A stretch of DNA of 64,000 nt from a virus: the IMG/VR virus record IMGVR_UViG_3300045988_087221; one strand, 5' to 3'. Of this stretch, positions 45,152 through 55,583 are shown piece by piece. The position numbers were made by a program, and so were the translations under genes. Every line of letters begins with the position of its first letter. The first letter of the stretch is position 1. Under the pieces are notes generated by a model. The model was not told the origin of the DNA. It worked only from the letters and a program-made list of their open reading frames with translations, and searched no databases.

Positions 45152-47086
45152 TCATTTCTAAGAACTATTTAAGAATGGTAAACTCATACCTATAGGTGCT
45201 GCTACTCTAAATATATTAGGATCTGACCAATTTCTAGGAATACGTAAATCATAAGGTAGTAAAGATTTAACATTGGATTTATTCCAATTAGGTACGGCAA
45301 AATAAGTATAATCATCATGTTCATCTCTTAATGGGCTATTTGGATTAGATTTAAGTAATCCCTACTATTTTTTCTAAGCATCCTTTAAAATATAGTCATA
45401 ATGTTCTGCCATAGCATTTCTCTCATTAGTAGGATTTAATGGACCATGATAATTTACTTTACTGCCTCCCTTTATTAACCAATCATCATTAAGTACACTT
45501 ATTTCTTTAGAAGCGTCTCTAACAGCTGGAGTTCTAACTACAAAAGCATTAATATTATTAGTTTTTGATTCAGAATATTTTGCTGGAAGTTTATATACTG
45601 CATTATCTCCAAATCGTGTGGGGTAAGTTACTAAAGGTTTAGCATCTTTAGGAATTACCTAACTGATTTCAGTGTGATATTTACCATCACCACCTAAAAC
45701 TTTTGCTCCTGTACCACTACCAATTAATTTTGAGTGACCATTAAATTCCTAACCCCTTACTAAATATCTTTCTAATCCCATGCTGTTCTGTCCCGTTCCT
45801 GGTAATTCCCCTAGAAATAGTGTTCCTAAAGAATTATCCATAGTTCCAGATTTAGTAGCTAAGTCAGTAGGAGAAGGATGGTCTTTTAGCTAAGTATAAG
45901 CTTTTGTATCTCCTCTAAATAAAAGCTATGGTTCTCCTTGACTATTTACAGCAGCGCTGCCTTTACCAAGTTCGTTAGTATGTTTATATAAAGCCTAAGC
46001 TATTTCTTCATCAGAGATATTAGGGTTATCCATTAAGCCATAACGTTCTCTAGCTTCCATTACATATTTACGTAACTAGTCTCCATTAAGACTTCCTTCA
46101 GGAATCGGAGTTCCTCCATATTCTTTAAACATTTTTACAGCATCTTCACCCTATAGGTAATGATTTAAAGGTTTCTAAAATATCCCTACTTCAACAGGTT
46201 CTTTAGTTCCCTTCATAGTAAGTTGTCTAGTTCCATTCTAGATAAATCCAAAGTCTTTACCAAATCTATTTATACCATGAATGCCTCCTTTAGATACAGA
46301 ACCCCAAGTAGAGAGATTAGCACCTTCAGGTACTTCATCTGCAACTTTAGCAAATAACTACATTTTATTACCATAGTTTAAACCATTTCTATCTGTTTTA
46401 AAATGGACTGAATAATTATTAGGTTCAACGTCCTTTACTAATTCAAATCTTTGATTAGGCTATTGTTTAAAGAAATAAGAAGTAGCTTCATTTCCTTCAG
46501 CTTTTCCAGTATTCCAAGCTTTTCTAGTAGGTTTATAATAAGATAACTGCATAATAGGATTATCACCTGTTGTATATTCTTTAGCAGCTAAGTTATTAGT
46601 AATTCCTTGAGATACATTTTTAGTTAAATTTCCAGCAGTCTCATTAAGTAAACTATTTCTAGCCCAATGTGAAACTGCATTCTAACCCATCTTAGAAAGA
46701 GCCATTTTACCTAAACCTAATCCTAAATTTCCTGCAGCAGTTCCTACTATAAATTCTCCTACTGGATCGGCTCCTGACATAGCCCCTGCTTGAGGATTAG
46801 TACTAGTTTTAGTATTTCCCTACTAATCCTTTACTGTAACCACCTCACTATGAGGCATACTCCTCTTAGCTAAAGCTGTCCTTTCTTTAACTGATAAATT
46901 ATTATATTTAGCTTTTAAATTTTTAGCAGCAGGCTATAATCTATTTTTTAAATTAGTAGGATTAAGAGTACCCGCAGATTGAGCGTTTCTAGTTATTTCC
47001 TAATCCTACTTAGATTGTTGCCAAGGTAATCCAGTGGTTTTAAAATTTAATTTACCTGCTTTCTAATATTTAGGTATCCATTTCAT
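45152..47086 (-). CDS. large hypothetical protein (644 aa), TAG-recoded
   Basis: The ATG-to-TGA span is 1935 nt (645 codons) with no TAA or TGA but many in-frame TAG. No ORF of 60 aa or more exists here in the standard code. Confidence 0.65.
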
Positions 47087-47199
47087 ATCTTTTCACACAG
47101 TTTTAATAAGGAATCTCGAGTAATCTCAGAATATGATATTTCTACGGGGTGTTCTATTCTCCATAGTAATCCTTTTCCAGTTTTAATTACTTGTTTCAT
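47083..47199 (-). CDS. small hypothetical protein (38 aa)
   Basis: ATGA overlap with the downstream 644-aa gene. No TAG. Confidence 0.35.
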   Translation of the reverse strand: MKQVIKTGKGLLWRIEHPVEISYSEITRDSLLKLCEKI

Positions 47200-47296
47200 A
47201 TCTTCTTAAATATTTATTCCATAACTACTTATCTCTCTCATCTACAAAATCTAAAAATTCTTGTAGTTCGTCTAGTTGTATATTTATATCTCTCAT
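47183..47296 (-). CDS. small hypothetical protein (37 aa if TAG is read through, 23 aa otherwise)
   Basis: ATGA overlap with the upstream 379-aa gene. One in-frame TAG. Confidence 0.3.
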
Positions 47297-48432
47297 ACCT
47301 AGTTAATATTCTAATTATATATTTGAGCGATTGGATTTAAACCCTATTGTTTATTCCACTAATTAATAATCTATTTATCTCTATTTCTTCCTCTATTCAT
47401 TTCTACATTATAGAAGGCAGGTCTTGTATTATAGTTCTTCTATTTCAATCCCTATTTAAACTGTCCAAAGTTCTATACATTCTATAAATTTCTATATCTA
47501 CCATTAGTTAAACTATCAGTCGCATTCTTAGTCCATCCACCCAAGTTGGAAGCCCTTCTTCCGAATGAATAATATTTTCCAGGTCTGCCATCTTCTATCA
47601 TAGATAAGTGTGAAGTGTCGAAAGCAGCTTGTTGTGGAATACCCTAATTAACTAAGGAGATATATCTTTGTAGCACTTGAGGCTATGAATTATTAATCTG
47701 AAAATTTCCACCCTACTAATGTTTTTTAATTGTATTAGGATAAATTTTTATCTAATCGTAAGTATTATCTATATAGTTTCCCTATTTAGGAGTTACAGTA
47801 ATTTCAGGCAGTACAACTCCACCTTTATAAATCATAGTGGTCTAACCATCCTAGTTACCGTCTGCAGTTCCAAATAATGTAAGATTTGGATTTTGCATTC
47901 CGAAATCAGTTAAATAGAATTTAGTTCCTGATTTATTAAATCTACCTCTAGAAGGATGCGTTGGATGATTACTTAATTTTACAATATCATCATAATGTCC
48001 TGCATCATTGGGTTTTAACTAAGATAATAATTTATTATTAACATTATTATAATTTCCATTTCCATATTTTACTTGATTAGGAAAATACCGAGTTGTATTA
48101 GCTAATGCTCCTGTAGTAAAATTACCGCCCTACTAATATGTAAGAGGATGATTCTTCTTTAAGTCTTTTGTCTTAAACCATCCATTATCTAATATTGATC
48201 TATGACCATTTGGCTTATGTACTTCACCACCATCTTCATGTTTCCATTTCTTTGCATTCTAAGCAAATATGGCTCTTTTTCTAGTTAGAGGGTTTTTACT
48301 ATGTGTTAATTCTTCAGTAGTTTTACCTGTTCTCTTTTTAGTCTCAGTAAATTTCCCTCTATTTTCTTTTTTAATGTGTATTCCCGAACCTTTAGCTAGA
48401 TAAGGGATACCAAATATTTCTAAATCTTCCAT
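47293..48432 (-). CDS. hypothetical protein (379 aa), TAG-recoded
   Basis: 1140-nt frame from ATG to TGA, open only with TAG as sense. Repeated (Y/H)QQGGNF motif in which both Q are TAG. Confidence 0.65.
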
Positions 48433-48555
48433 TTTAATTAAATTTAAGAGTTTATATTACTAATTAATTTGTTATACACCTAATTATATATTATTATTGA
48501 AAAGTTAAAAATTAGTTTAGATAAATATAAAATAAATGTAAAATGTTAATGTTAT

Positions 48556-49470
48556 ATGGAAAATTTAAGTATTGATAAACAAAACGGAACAGTAGTTTTT
48601 AATGAGAAAGCTCATCGTTATTGGGATGTTAATGACCCTTCTATCAAGTTTACTTCTGTAACTACTATGATTGAGCAATTTGGTCAGCCATTTGATAAAG
48701 AATTTTGGTCAGCATATAAAGCTTTAGAGAAATTGTTACCTGCTGATGAATTTAAGATTGAGAAGAAATCTCTTTTAAATACTAAGAAATTTGATCCAGT
48801 TCTATTAGAGGCACATAATATTACCGAGCTAGATTTTAATAAAGCACAGCAAGAAATATTAGACTCTTGGGACGAGGAGAATAGAAGATCTTGTGAAAGA
48901 GGTACTAAAATACATGCAGGATTAGAAAATTCCTTCTATACTAAGAAAAAGAACATTACTCTAGATAAATATCAAATAGGAGGTAAATTTGAGTGTCAAA
49001 AAGATAGAACTTCTCTAGATTTGGAAAATGCAGTATATCCTGAGTATTTAATTCATTGGGATTCTCCATCTGGTAAATTACATATTGCAGGTCAGATTGA
49101 TTTATTAGTTAAAAAGGGCAATTCTATCATAATCGGAGACTGGAAAACTAATAAGAAGATTGATACTAAAAGCTATTTTGATTCCAAAGTAAGAAGTTCT
49201 GTTAAGATGAAGTTTCCTCTAAATAATTTAGATGATTGTAATTATTATCATTATTGTCTTCAGCTTAGTACTTATGCTTATATAATTGAATCATATAATC
49301 CTGACTTTAGTATAGAAGACTTAGTATTAGTACATTTTGACCACAATGACAATATGACTGTTTATCATCTGCCTTATCTTAGAAAAGAAGTAGAACGTAT
49401 GTTATCTTATTATGAAAAGGAACATCTTCTACAAGAACGTAGATTAAAGAATAAACGAATTGAATATTAA
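48556..49470 (+). CDS. PD-(D/E)XK family nuclease
   Basis: GQIDLLVKKGNSIIIGDWKTNKK (D...D-x-K core) preceded by ERGTKIHAGLE. Standard code. Confidence 0.6.
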   Translation: MENLSIDKQNGTVVFNEKAHRYWDVNDPSIKFTSVTTMIEQFGQPFDKEFWSAYKALEKLLPADEFKIEKKSLLNTKKFDPVLLEAHNITELDFNKAQQEILDSWDEENRRSCERGTKIHAGLENSFYTKKKNITLDKYQIGGKFECQKDRTSLDLENAVYPEYLIHWDSPSGKLHIAGQIDLLVKKGNSIIIGDWKTNKKIDTKSYFDSKVRSSVKMKFPLNNLDDCNYYHYCLQLSTYAYIIESYNPDFSIEDLVLVHFDHNDNMTVYHLPYLRKEVERMLSYYEKEHLLQERRLKNKRIEY

Positions 49471-49561
49471 TATGATACTATGTATAGCATTATTACTAAT
49501 AGCTTATTTAATTTATAGCACTATAATTGAATTAACTAAGAATTAATATACAAATTAATAT

Positions 49562-49783
49562 ATGGAAGAATATATAACTAAACGTACTAAAATATGTAGA
49601 GCTTGTCCTATTTGTGACCAAGAAAATGAGATTTGTAATGCACATTTGTATTTAAATCCTGAAAATAATGATGTAAGTACAACACCTAAGAAGGGATATT
49701 TAAAGGGATGCGGATGCCACCTAAAATGGAAGATTAATAATAAAAACTCACATTGTCCTTGTAATAAATGGGAAGCAGAATGA
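49562..49783 (+). CDS. small Cys-rich (zinc-binding?) protein
   Basis: 73 aa with CRACPICD...CNAH...CGCH...CPC. Confidence 0.5.
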   Translation: MEEYITKRTKICRACPICDQENEICNAHLYLNPENNDVSTTPKKGYLKGCGCHLKWKINNKNSHCPCNKWEAE

Positions 49784-50025
49784 AATTAAACATATTAATT
49801 AAATGGTTACATGGTATTTTAACTAAGCCATTAACTATATTAAAAAGCATATATTATAATATTAAGAATAAACATCAAGATATAGCAATCAAGAGATTAG
49901 ATATATGTCATAGATGTGATCATAAATTAGATACTAACTTCGGTGGTTTATGTGATTTATGTGGATGTGTGTTAGATAATAAAACTAGAATTAAAGATGA
50001 ATTTTGTGAACAAGGTAAATGGTAA
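49768..50025 (+). CDS. small Cys-rich (zinc-binding?) protein, related to the previous ORF
   Basis: 85 aa with CHRCDH...CDLCGC...C. Confidence 0.5.
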   Translation: MGSRMKLNILIKWLHGILTKPLTILKSIYYNIKNKHQDIAIKRLDICHRCDHKLDTNFGGLCDLCGCVLDNKTRIKDEFCEQGKW

Positions 50026-50048
50026 TTATTGCCATAAATTAAATGTAA

Positions 50049-50654
50049 ATGACTATGGATTTTAGAAGTGAATTAAATGGAAAAGAGAAAGTAGCTCAAT
50101 CACTTATCGGTATGGAAAGTACAGGAACTCCTATTGTAGTTAATGGACAAAGAGCAGATGTTATTTTAGCTAATGAAAAGAAGTCTAAATTTAATACTAG
50201 AGTAGATGAATATGTAGATAAATTTGAAAAACACAATAAAGCACTTGAGGACTATGCTAAGGAAATCTCAAAGGACATCAATGGTTTAGAGATATTACCA
50301 ATGGGTTCTTATGCATTGATTAAACCCTTTGAGGAGAATCCTTTCCAAAAGGTAACAGTAGAGAGTGGAATTATTACAGACTTGGGTGGATTTACTCCTC
50401 AATATAAGAGTGAAGAGGATGGTCAAATTCATGAATTAGAACAGTTTATTCGTGTTGGTACTGTAATTGAAACCGGATTCAAATGCGAGTTCTTAAAAGA
50501 GGGTGATGTAGTATTCTTTACTAAAGCTAGTGAAGCTACTGTTCCATTTTTCAAGCAAGGATTTGTAGTAGTTAATGAATCGCGAATTATGGCAATAGTT
50601 AATGAGAAATTAACAGAAAGAAAGAATCAAATTAAAGATAATGGAAACAAGTAA
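50049..50654 (+). CDS. GroES/gp31-like co-chaperonin domain protein
   Basis: The C-terminal half follows the Cpn10 pattern: LIKPFEE...ESGIITD...VGTVIETG...LKEGDVVFF...VVVNESRIMAIVNE. Last gene in the standard code. Confidence 0.4.
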   Translation: MTMDFRSELNGKEKVAQSLIGMESTGTPIVVNGQRADVILANEKKSKFNTRVDEYVDKFEKHNKALEDYAKEISKDINGLEILPMGSYALIKPFEENPFQKVTVESGIITDLGGFTPQYKSEEDGQIHELEQFIRVGTVIETGFKCEFLKEGDVVFFTKASEATVPFFKQGFVVVNESRIMAIVNEKLTERKNQIKDNGNK

Positions 50655-50664
50655 TAAAGTTTAC

Positions 50665-50850
50665 ATGCAGCCGGGAGATGTAGTTTAGTTACGTTAGCGT
50701 GACAAAATGCATTGTCCGGCTATGCTTGTTATTAGAAAAGAGCAAGCATTATTTAAAGATGAAATGAAAGGATTGAGATGTAGATGGTTTACTGACTCAG
50801 GTTTAATGCAGGAAGCAGTATTCAACACTAAGGATCTAATACTTGTATAA
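50665..50850 (+). CDS. DUF2158 (YodC)-like small protein, TAG-recoded
   Basis: 61 aa with 2 in-frame TAG. GDVV(Q)L...PAMLV...CRWF...EAVF pattern. Confidence 0.55.
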
Positions 50851-50852
50851 TT

Positions 50853-52412
50853 ATGGCATGGAAAACAGTTAATGCAGCATAGTCAACAGATGCTCAAAGT
50901 CAAAATGCTTTTAGAAGATTTTCTAATATACTTATGTCACATCGAAATGCTAATGGTAATATTTAGTATAATCCCCAAGATAAATCTTACCGATTAGTAA
51001 ATGATAATGGAATATTTTATTCTAATGGCAGATTCTTTTCTAGATCTGGAGCAAAGGGTAATTATGACATAAATACAGGAAATTTTTTAAAGAAAAAAGT
51101 AAATAAACCAGCTACTTCTGTAAAATAGTAGTCCTCTACTGGATCCAAAGATATAGTATCCTAGGTGACTAATCCTAACTACTTATATGGTTATAAAGAG
51201 TAGGTAAATAAATAGAACAAAATTCCTATGAATTCTCCTGCTATTAACAAATCAAGAACTACATTAGCTCCAAAAACTTCTACATCTAATTCATGGATTA
51301 ATAAGAGTAGAGGAATATGGAATTATAATGGAGTATCCCAAGCAGATGTAGCAAATGCTTATAAGACGGGAGATTTCAGTAAAGTAGGAAGTTACTTGTC
51401 TCAACATAGAGATTTAGCTAGTTATTTAAATAATATTTATAGTAAGAGGGGAGGCAACTAGTTTAATTCATCTACACCAACTTAGCAAGCAACTCCTATT
51501 AAAGGAACTCCCGGATATGGCATTCATGTTGGAAATGGTAGTGTAACTTTATCTACTCCAAATGGCTCAACTACAGATATAACTAATTCTCATAATGTAT
51601 CTACCTTAATTAATAATGGTAATTATAAAGCACCTAATTTAGGAGGTATGACTACTAATTATTTAGAAAGTAGACCATTAAATAGTTATTCAGAACTTAC
51701 TAAGCATAATTTTGATAGAGGTGATATTAGATAGGGTATGAAAGCAAATGGGATAAATCCCTATGATTATTCAGGTTCAGATAGAAAATAGTTAAGAACA
51801 TATTTAAATAATCCTACAACTGATAACTATACTCAATCTGTAAGTAAAATTATAGGAGATGGTAAAATCTAGTAGAATATGTTAAATAATGCTGTTCAGA
51901 ACTAGACTAATTAGTATCAATTAACTAAACCTAATTTAGGATATAATCCAAATTAGAATAATTAGTTAGTTAATTTAAAATTTAAACAAGGAGGATAGAT
52001 GTATAAATACGCAGCAGGAGCACAAATGGTACAACCACAATAGGCAAGTGGACAATAGGGAATGGAATAGTAGGCAATAGCTTTAGTTTAGGCAGCTATG
52101 TAGGGTGACTAGCAAGCTAACTAGACTATTTAGAAAATTATGTAGGCAGCACAACAAGGTGATTAGCAAGCAGTTCAGGTAGCTAAGTTACTACAAGCTA
52201 TTGCTCAGCAAATGAAGGGATCTCGTAAAGCAAGACTCGGTGCTAAGTTAGATTATATTAAATAGTCTATTGGAGAATGCCCTGAAGGTCAAGAAGTAGT
52301 ATATTTTAAAAAGGGAGGAGAAATCTGTAAAATATGTGCAGGTAAAAAGATGCAAGATGGGGGAAAATCTGACCCTATTAAAAACTTTAAGAAAAAGAAA
52401 AAGATGAAATAA
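50853..52412 (+). CDS. hypothetical protein (519 aa) with Gln-rich helical region and C-terminal CxxG..CxxC motif, TAG-recoded
   Basis: Track ORF 51228-51461 lies in the same frame (offset 375). Continuous only with TAG as sense. Ends in TAA. Confidence 0.6.
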
Positions 52413-52439
52413 AATACTGATGTTTAATGTTAATGATTT

Positions 52440-53000
52440 ATGAATGTATTTAATTATGATAGCGACCATCTTATTCTAGAATTAAATGAGCCTGAGATTC
52501 TTTTAATTAGAGAATTTAAGGCTCTTCTAGATAGAGATAAAACGAAAACTAAGACTAGAGTAAATAAAGAACTTACTTATATTTATTTGGCTTTGGATTG
52601 GAAGTCCCCTTATTCTAATTATTTAGAATAGGAAAGACATGAAGAAGCCCTAGCTGATAGTGGTTTGACAGAAGCTTAGTTTAATGACCCTATATTTAGA
52701 GAAGCTTGTCGAAAATATAGGAAATTACAAGAATCAAATAAATCTGTGAAATTATTGGAGGCAGCTCGAAGAGCAGCAGATTAGTTTATAGATTATTTTG
52801 AGACTATTGTAGATTTAAATGAACGAGATATTAATGGTAAACCTATTTTCTCTGCAGAAAAAGTAATGAAAGAGATGGCTTAGTTGAGTAATGTCCATGA
52901 GCAATTAATTACTTTAGAGAAAGAAGTTAAAGAGTCTGTATCACAAGAATCTGCAACTAGGGGTGGAGTTAACACTGGATATGACCCAGGTGATTTTTAA
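52440..53000 (+). CDS. hypothetical protein (186 aa), possible small terminase subunit by position, TAG-recoded
   Basis: Extends track ORF 52440-52631 through 4 in-frame TAG to TAA. Lies directly upstream of TerL. Confidence 0.5.
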
Positions 53001-53005
53001 TTAAT

Positions 53006-55366
53006 ATGCCCAGAAAGAAGAAAGTATTACCTGATGAAATCTAGTTAATTGTAGATGAAGTAAAAAAGAAATAGTAGGAAGAAGATACTAAAGAAGCTAA
53101 GAAATTAGTTGATGAATATAGAATTGAACGTTCTAATGATAAGACATATTGGGATATTACTAAGGATATGAAAATAGAATGCTTCGATCCTACTCTATCT
53201 TACGAATTAACTGGTTATAGACCTATAGATGAAACTCATGGTTTAGATTTTGACCCTTCATGGTTTACTGAAGTTAGAGAAACATTTCTAAGAACTGGAA
53301 GATATTGTTCTTATTTACCTAGAAGTAAAAGATGGGATGCATTTTGGAAAGAACAATATACTAGATGTAAATATGGTATGACCTCACATGGATATACTAT
53401 TACTGGAGATAACTATTTCTTCTTAAATTTTTATTAGTTACCAGTAGTAGATATGGATAAGGCATCAGGTGAAGGTACTAATGAAAGTTTTCCAGTATTC
53501 TTTGCTTCACAATATATGTTCTTTCATTATTTATAGATGTGTAGAGTATTACATAAAAATGCTGCCTTAATGAAGGCACGTTCAATTGGTTTTAGTGAGA
53601 TAAATGCCTCTCTTGCAGCTAGACTATACACTACTATAAAAAGAAGTAGAACTATGATTACTTGTTTTAAAGATACTTATTTAAATGGTACCTTTAGTAA
53701 ATTAGACCATGCTCTCACATTCATTAATACAAATGCTGATGGATTTTTTAAACCTAGATTAACCGATAAAGCATTAGAAAAGAAATCAGGATACCAAGTT
53801 AAAATAGATGGTCAGTTTACAGACTTTGGATGGCGTTCTGTTGTAATAGGAATTAATGGAAGCAAGCCTTCTAATATTCGTGGTGATCGTGTTGATCTTC
53901 TTATTTATGATGAGGCTGGTTCGTGGCCGGATTTAACTACTGCTGTAGTACAAGGACAAGAGTTATGTGAAGTACAGGGTGTTCCTAGAGGTATTATGTT
54001 GTTTGGTGGTACTGGAGGTGACTTTGGTCCCCCTCTTGAAGGATTAAAAAAGATTTATTATAATCCTAAGGCTTTTAAGATTCTACCATTTAGACATAAA
54101 TGGACACAAGATGGAACTACTATAGAGAGTGGATTCTTTCTTCCTTATTTTCTACAATCTTTGAATCCTGAATACATGGATTCTAGAGGAGTTTGTAATT
54201 AGACCGAATATAAGAAATTATTACAAGAAGAAAGAAATAATCTATTAGCTGTTCCTGAAGACTACCTTAAAAAGTGTGCTGAGCGTTGTTGGAATGCAGA
54301 AGAAGCATTTACTCTCGAAGGTTAGAATAAGTTTAATAAAATGAAGATAGCAGATTAGTTAGCTAAAATACGTCTTCATAAAATTGGACCTAGACCACAA
54401 GTAGGAACTATTGATTATACTTACAAATCTAATAAGCATTCTTTAGAAAATATAGATGGATTTAGATGGCTTCTTAATTCTGGCAAAGTTTAGATATTGG
54501 AACATCCAGTATGGTCTGATTTATATAAAGAATAGATTGAGAAATAGAAGAAAGAAGCTGAGGAATAGGGAATCGATTTTGAAGCCCCTGTATATACAGA
54601 AATGAATGATTTATATGTAGCAGGTATTGATGGTATTGATATTGGTGCTGCTTAGACTTCTAAAGAAACTAGAGACCCTTCTGATTTTTGTATTGTAATT
54701 AAACGTAGAGCCTTTGGTCTTAATGAACCACAATATGTAGCTATGTATAAAGATAGACCTCAAAATATTAGAGAAGCTTATAAGATAGCTATGTGTATGT
54801 GTAGATATTATAATTGTAGAATTAATATAGAGGCTACCCGTGTAGGTATGATTACCTGGGCTAGAGAAAATAAATGTCTACAATACTTTATGAAAAGACC
54901 TAGAGCTACTTTGACTGATATTAAATATGGTACTACTAAATAGTATGGTACTCCTGCAACTAAAACTATTATAGAACAGCAAACAGACCTTATAGCAGAT
55001 TATGTAGAAGACTATGGACATAATATCTGGTTTGAAGATATGTTGGTGTAGTTAAATGGTTATAATGATGAGAATAAAACAAAGTTTGATATTATAGCTG
55101 CTCTTGGAATGGTTGAACTTGCAGATTAGGAGTTATCGGGAAGACAACCTACAAAAGTTGACAAAGAAGTTGAAGAATTTTAGGACTATGGATATTATAT
55201 AAATGACAAAGGTTATAGAGAATTTGGGGTTATTCCAAAGAAACAATCAAATCAAATAGTAATTAAATAGGAGGAAAACAATGACCCATACCGAATTGAA
55301 ACAAGTGATCCTAGATTATATGAGAACACAGTTTTAGATAGACTTTATAGGAGATATTCGTATTGA
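53006..55366 (+). CDS. terL: terminase large subunit, TAG-recoded
   Basis: Track ORFs 53168-53437, 53537-54202 and 54743-54943 are all in one frame (offsets 162, 531, 1737). 18 in-frame TAG by my count. Walker B VDLLIYDEAGSW, then LFGGTGGD, then a nuclease-type AGIDGIDIG motif. The 3' end could instead be the TAG at 55268. Confidence 0.8.
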
Positions 55367-55583
55367 AGATTTAGACCCTATAGGATATAAAGTTTCTCTT
55401 AATCTAGACCACGCTGAGAACCCTTTTGTACTAATGGCAGATTTACCTGATGATAAATTTGTAGATTTTATAAAAGAGGAATTAAGAAGAAGTAAATTAC
55501 ATAGAGTAAAGTATTTTAAAGCAATTAAAATACAACCTCCAGAACCTAAACTATGTTATGACAGACAAAGAGCTTATAGATAA
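55281..55583 (+). CDS. hypothetical protein (100 aa), TAG-recoded
   Basis: ATG preceded by TAGGAGGAAAACA. 1 in-frame TAG. Overlaps the TerL tail and the portal start. Confidence 0.45.

Noticed and set aside
51988-52001. Shine-Dalgarno-like AGGAGG before internal ATGs as proof of separate genes.
   Set aside because: Other gene starts in the window lack an SD sequence, and several AGGAGG occurrences are expected by chance at this size and composition. It is reported only as a low-weight hypothesis.
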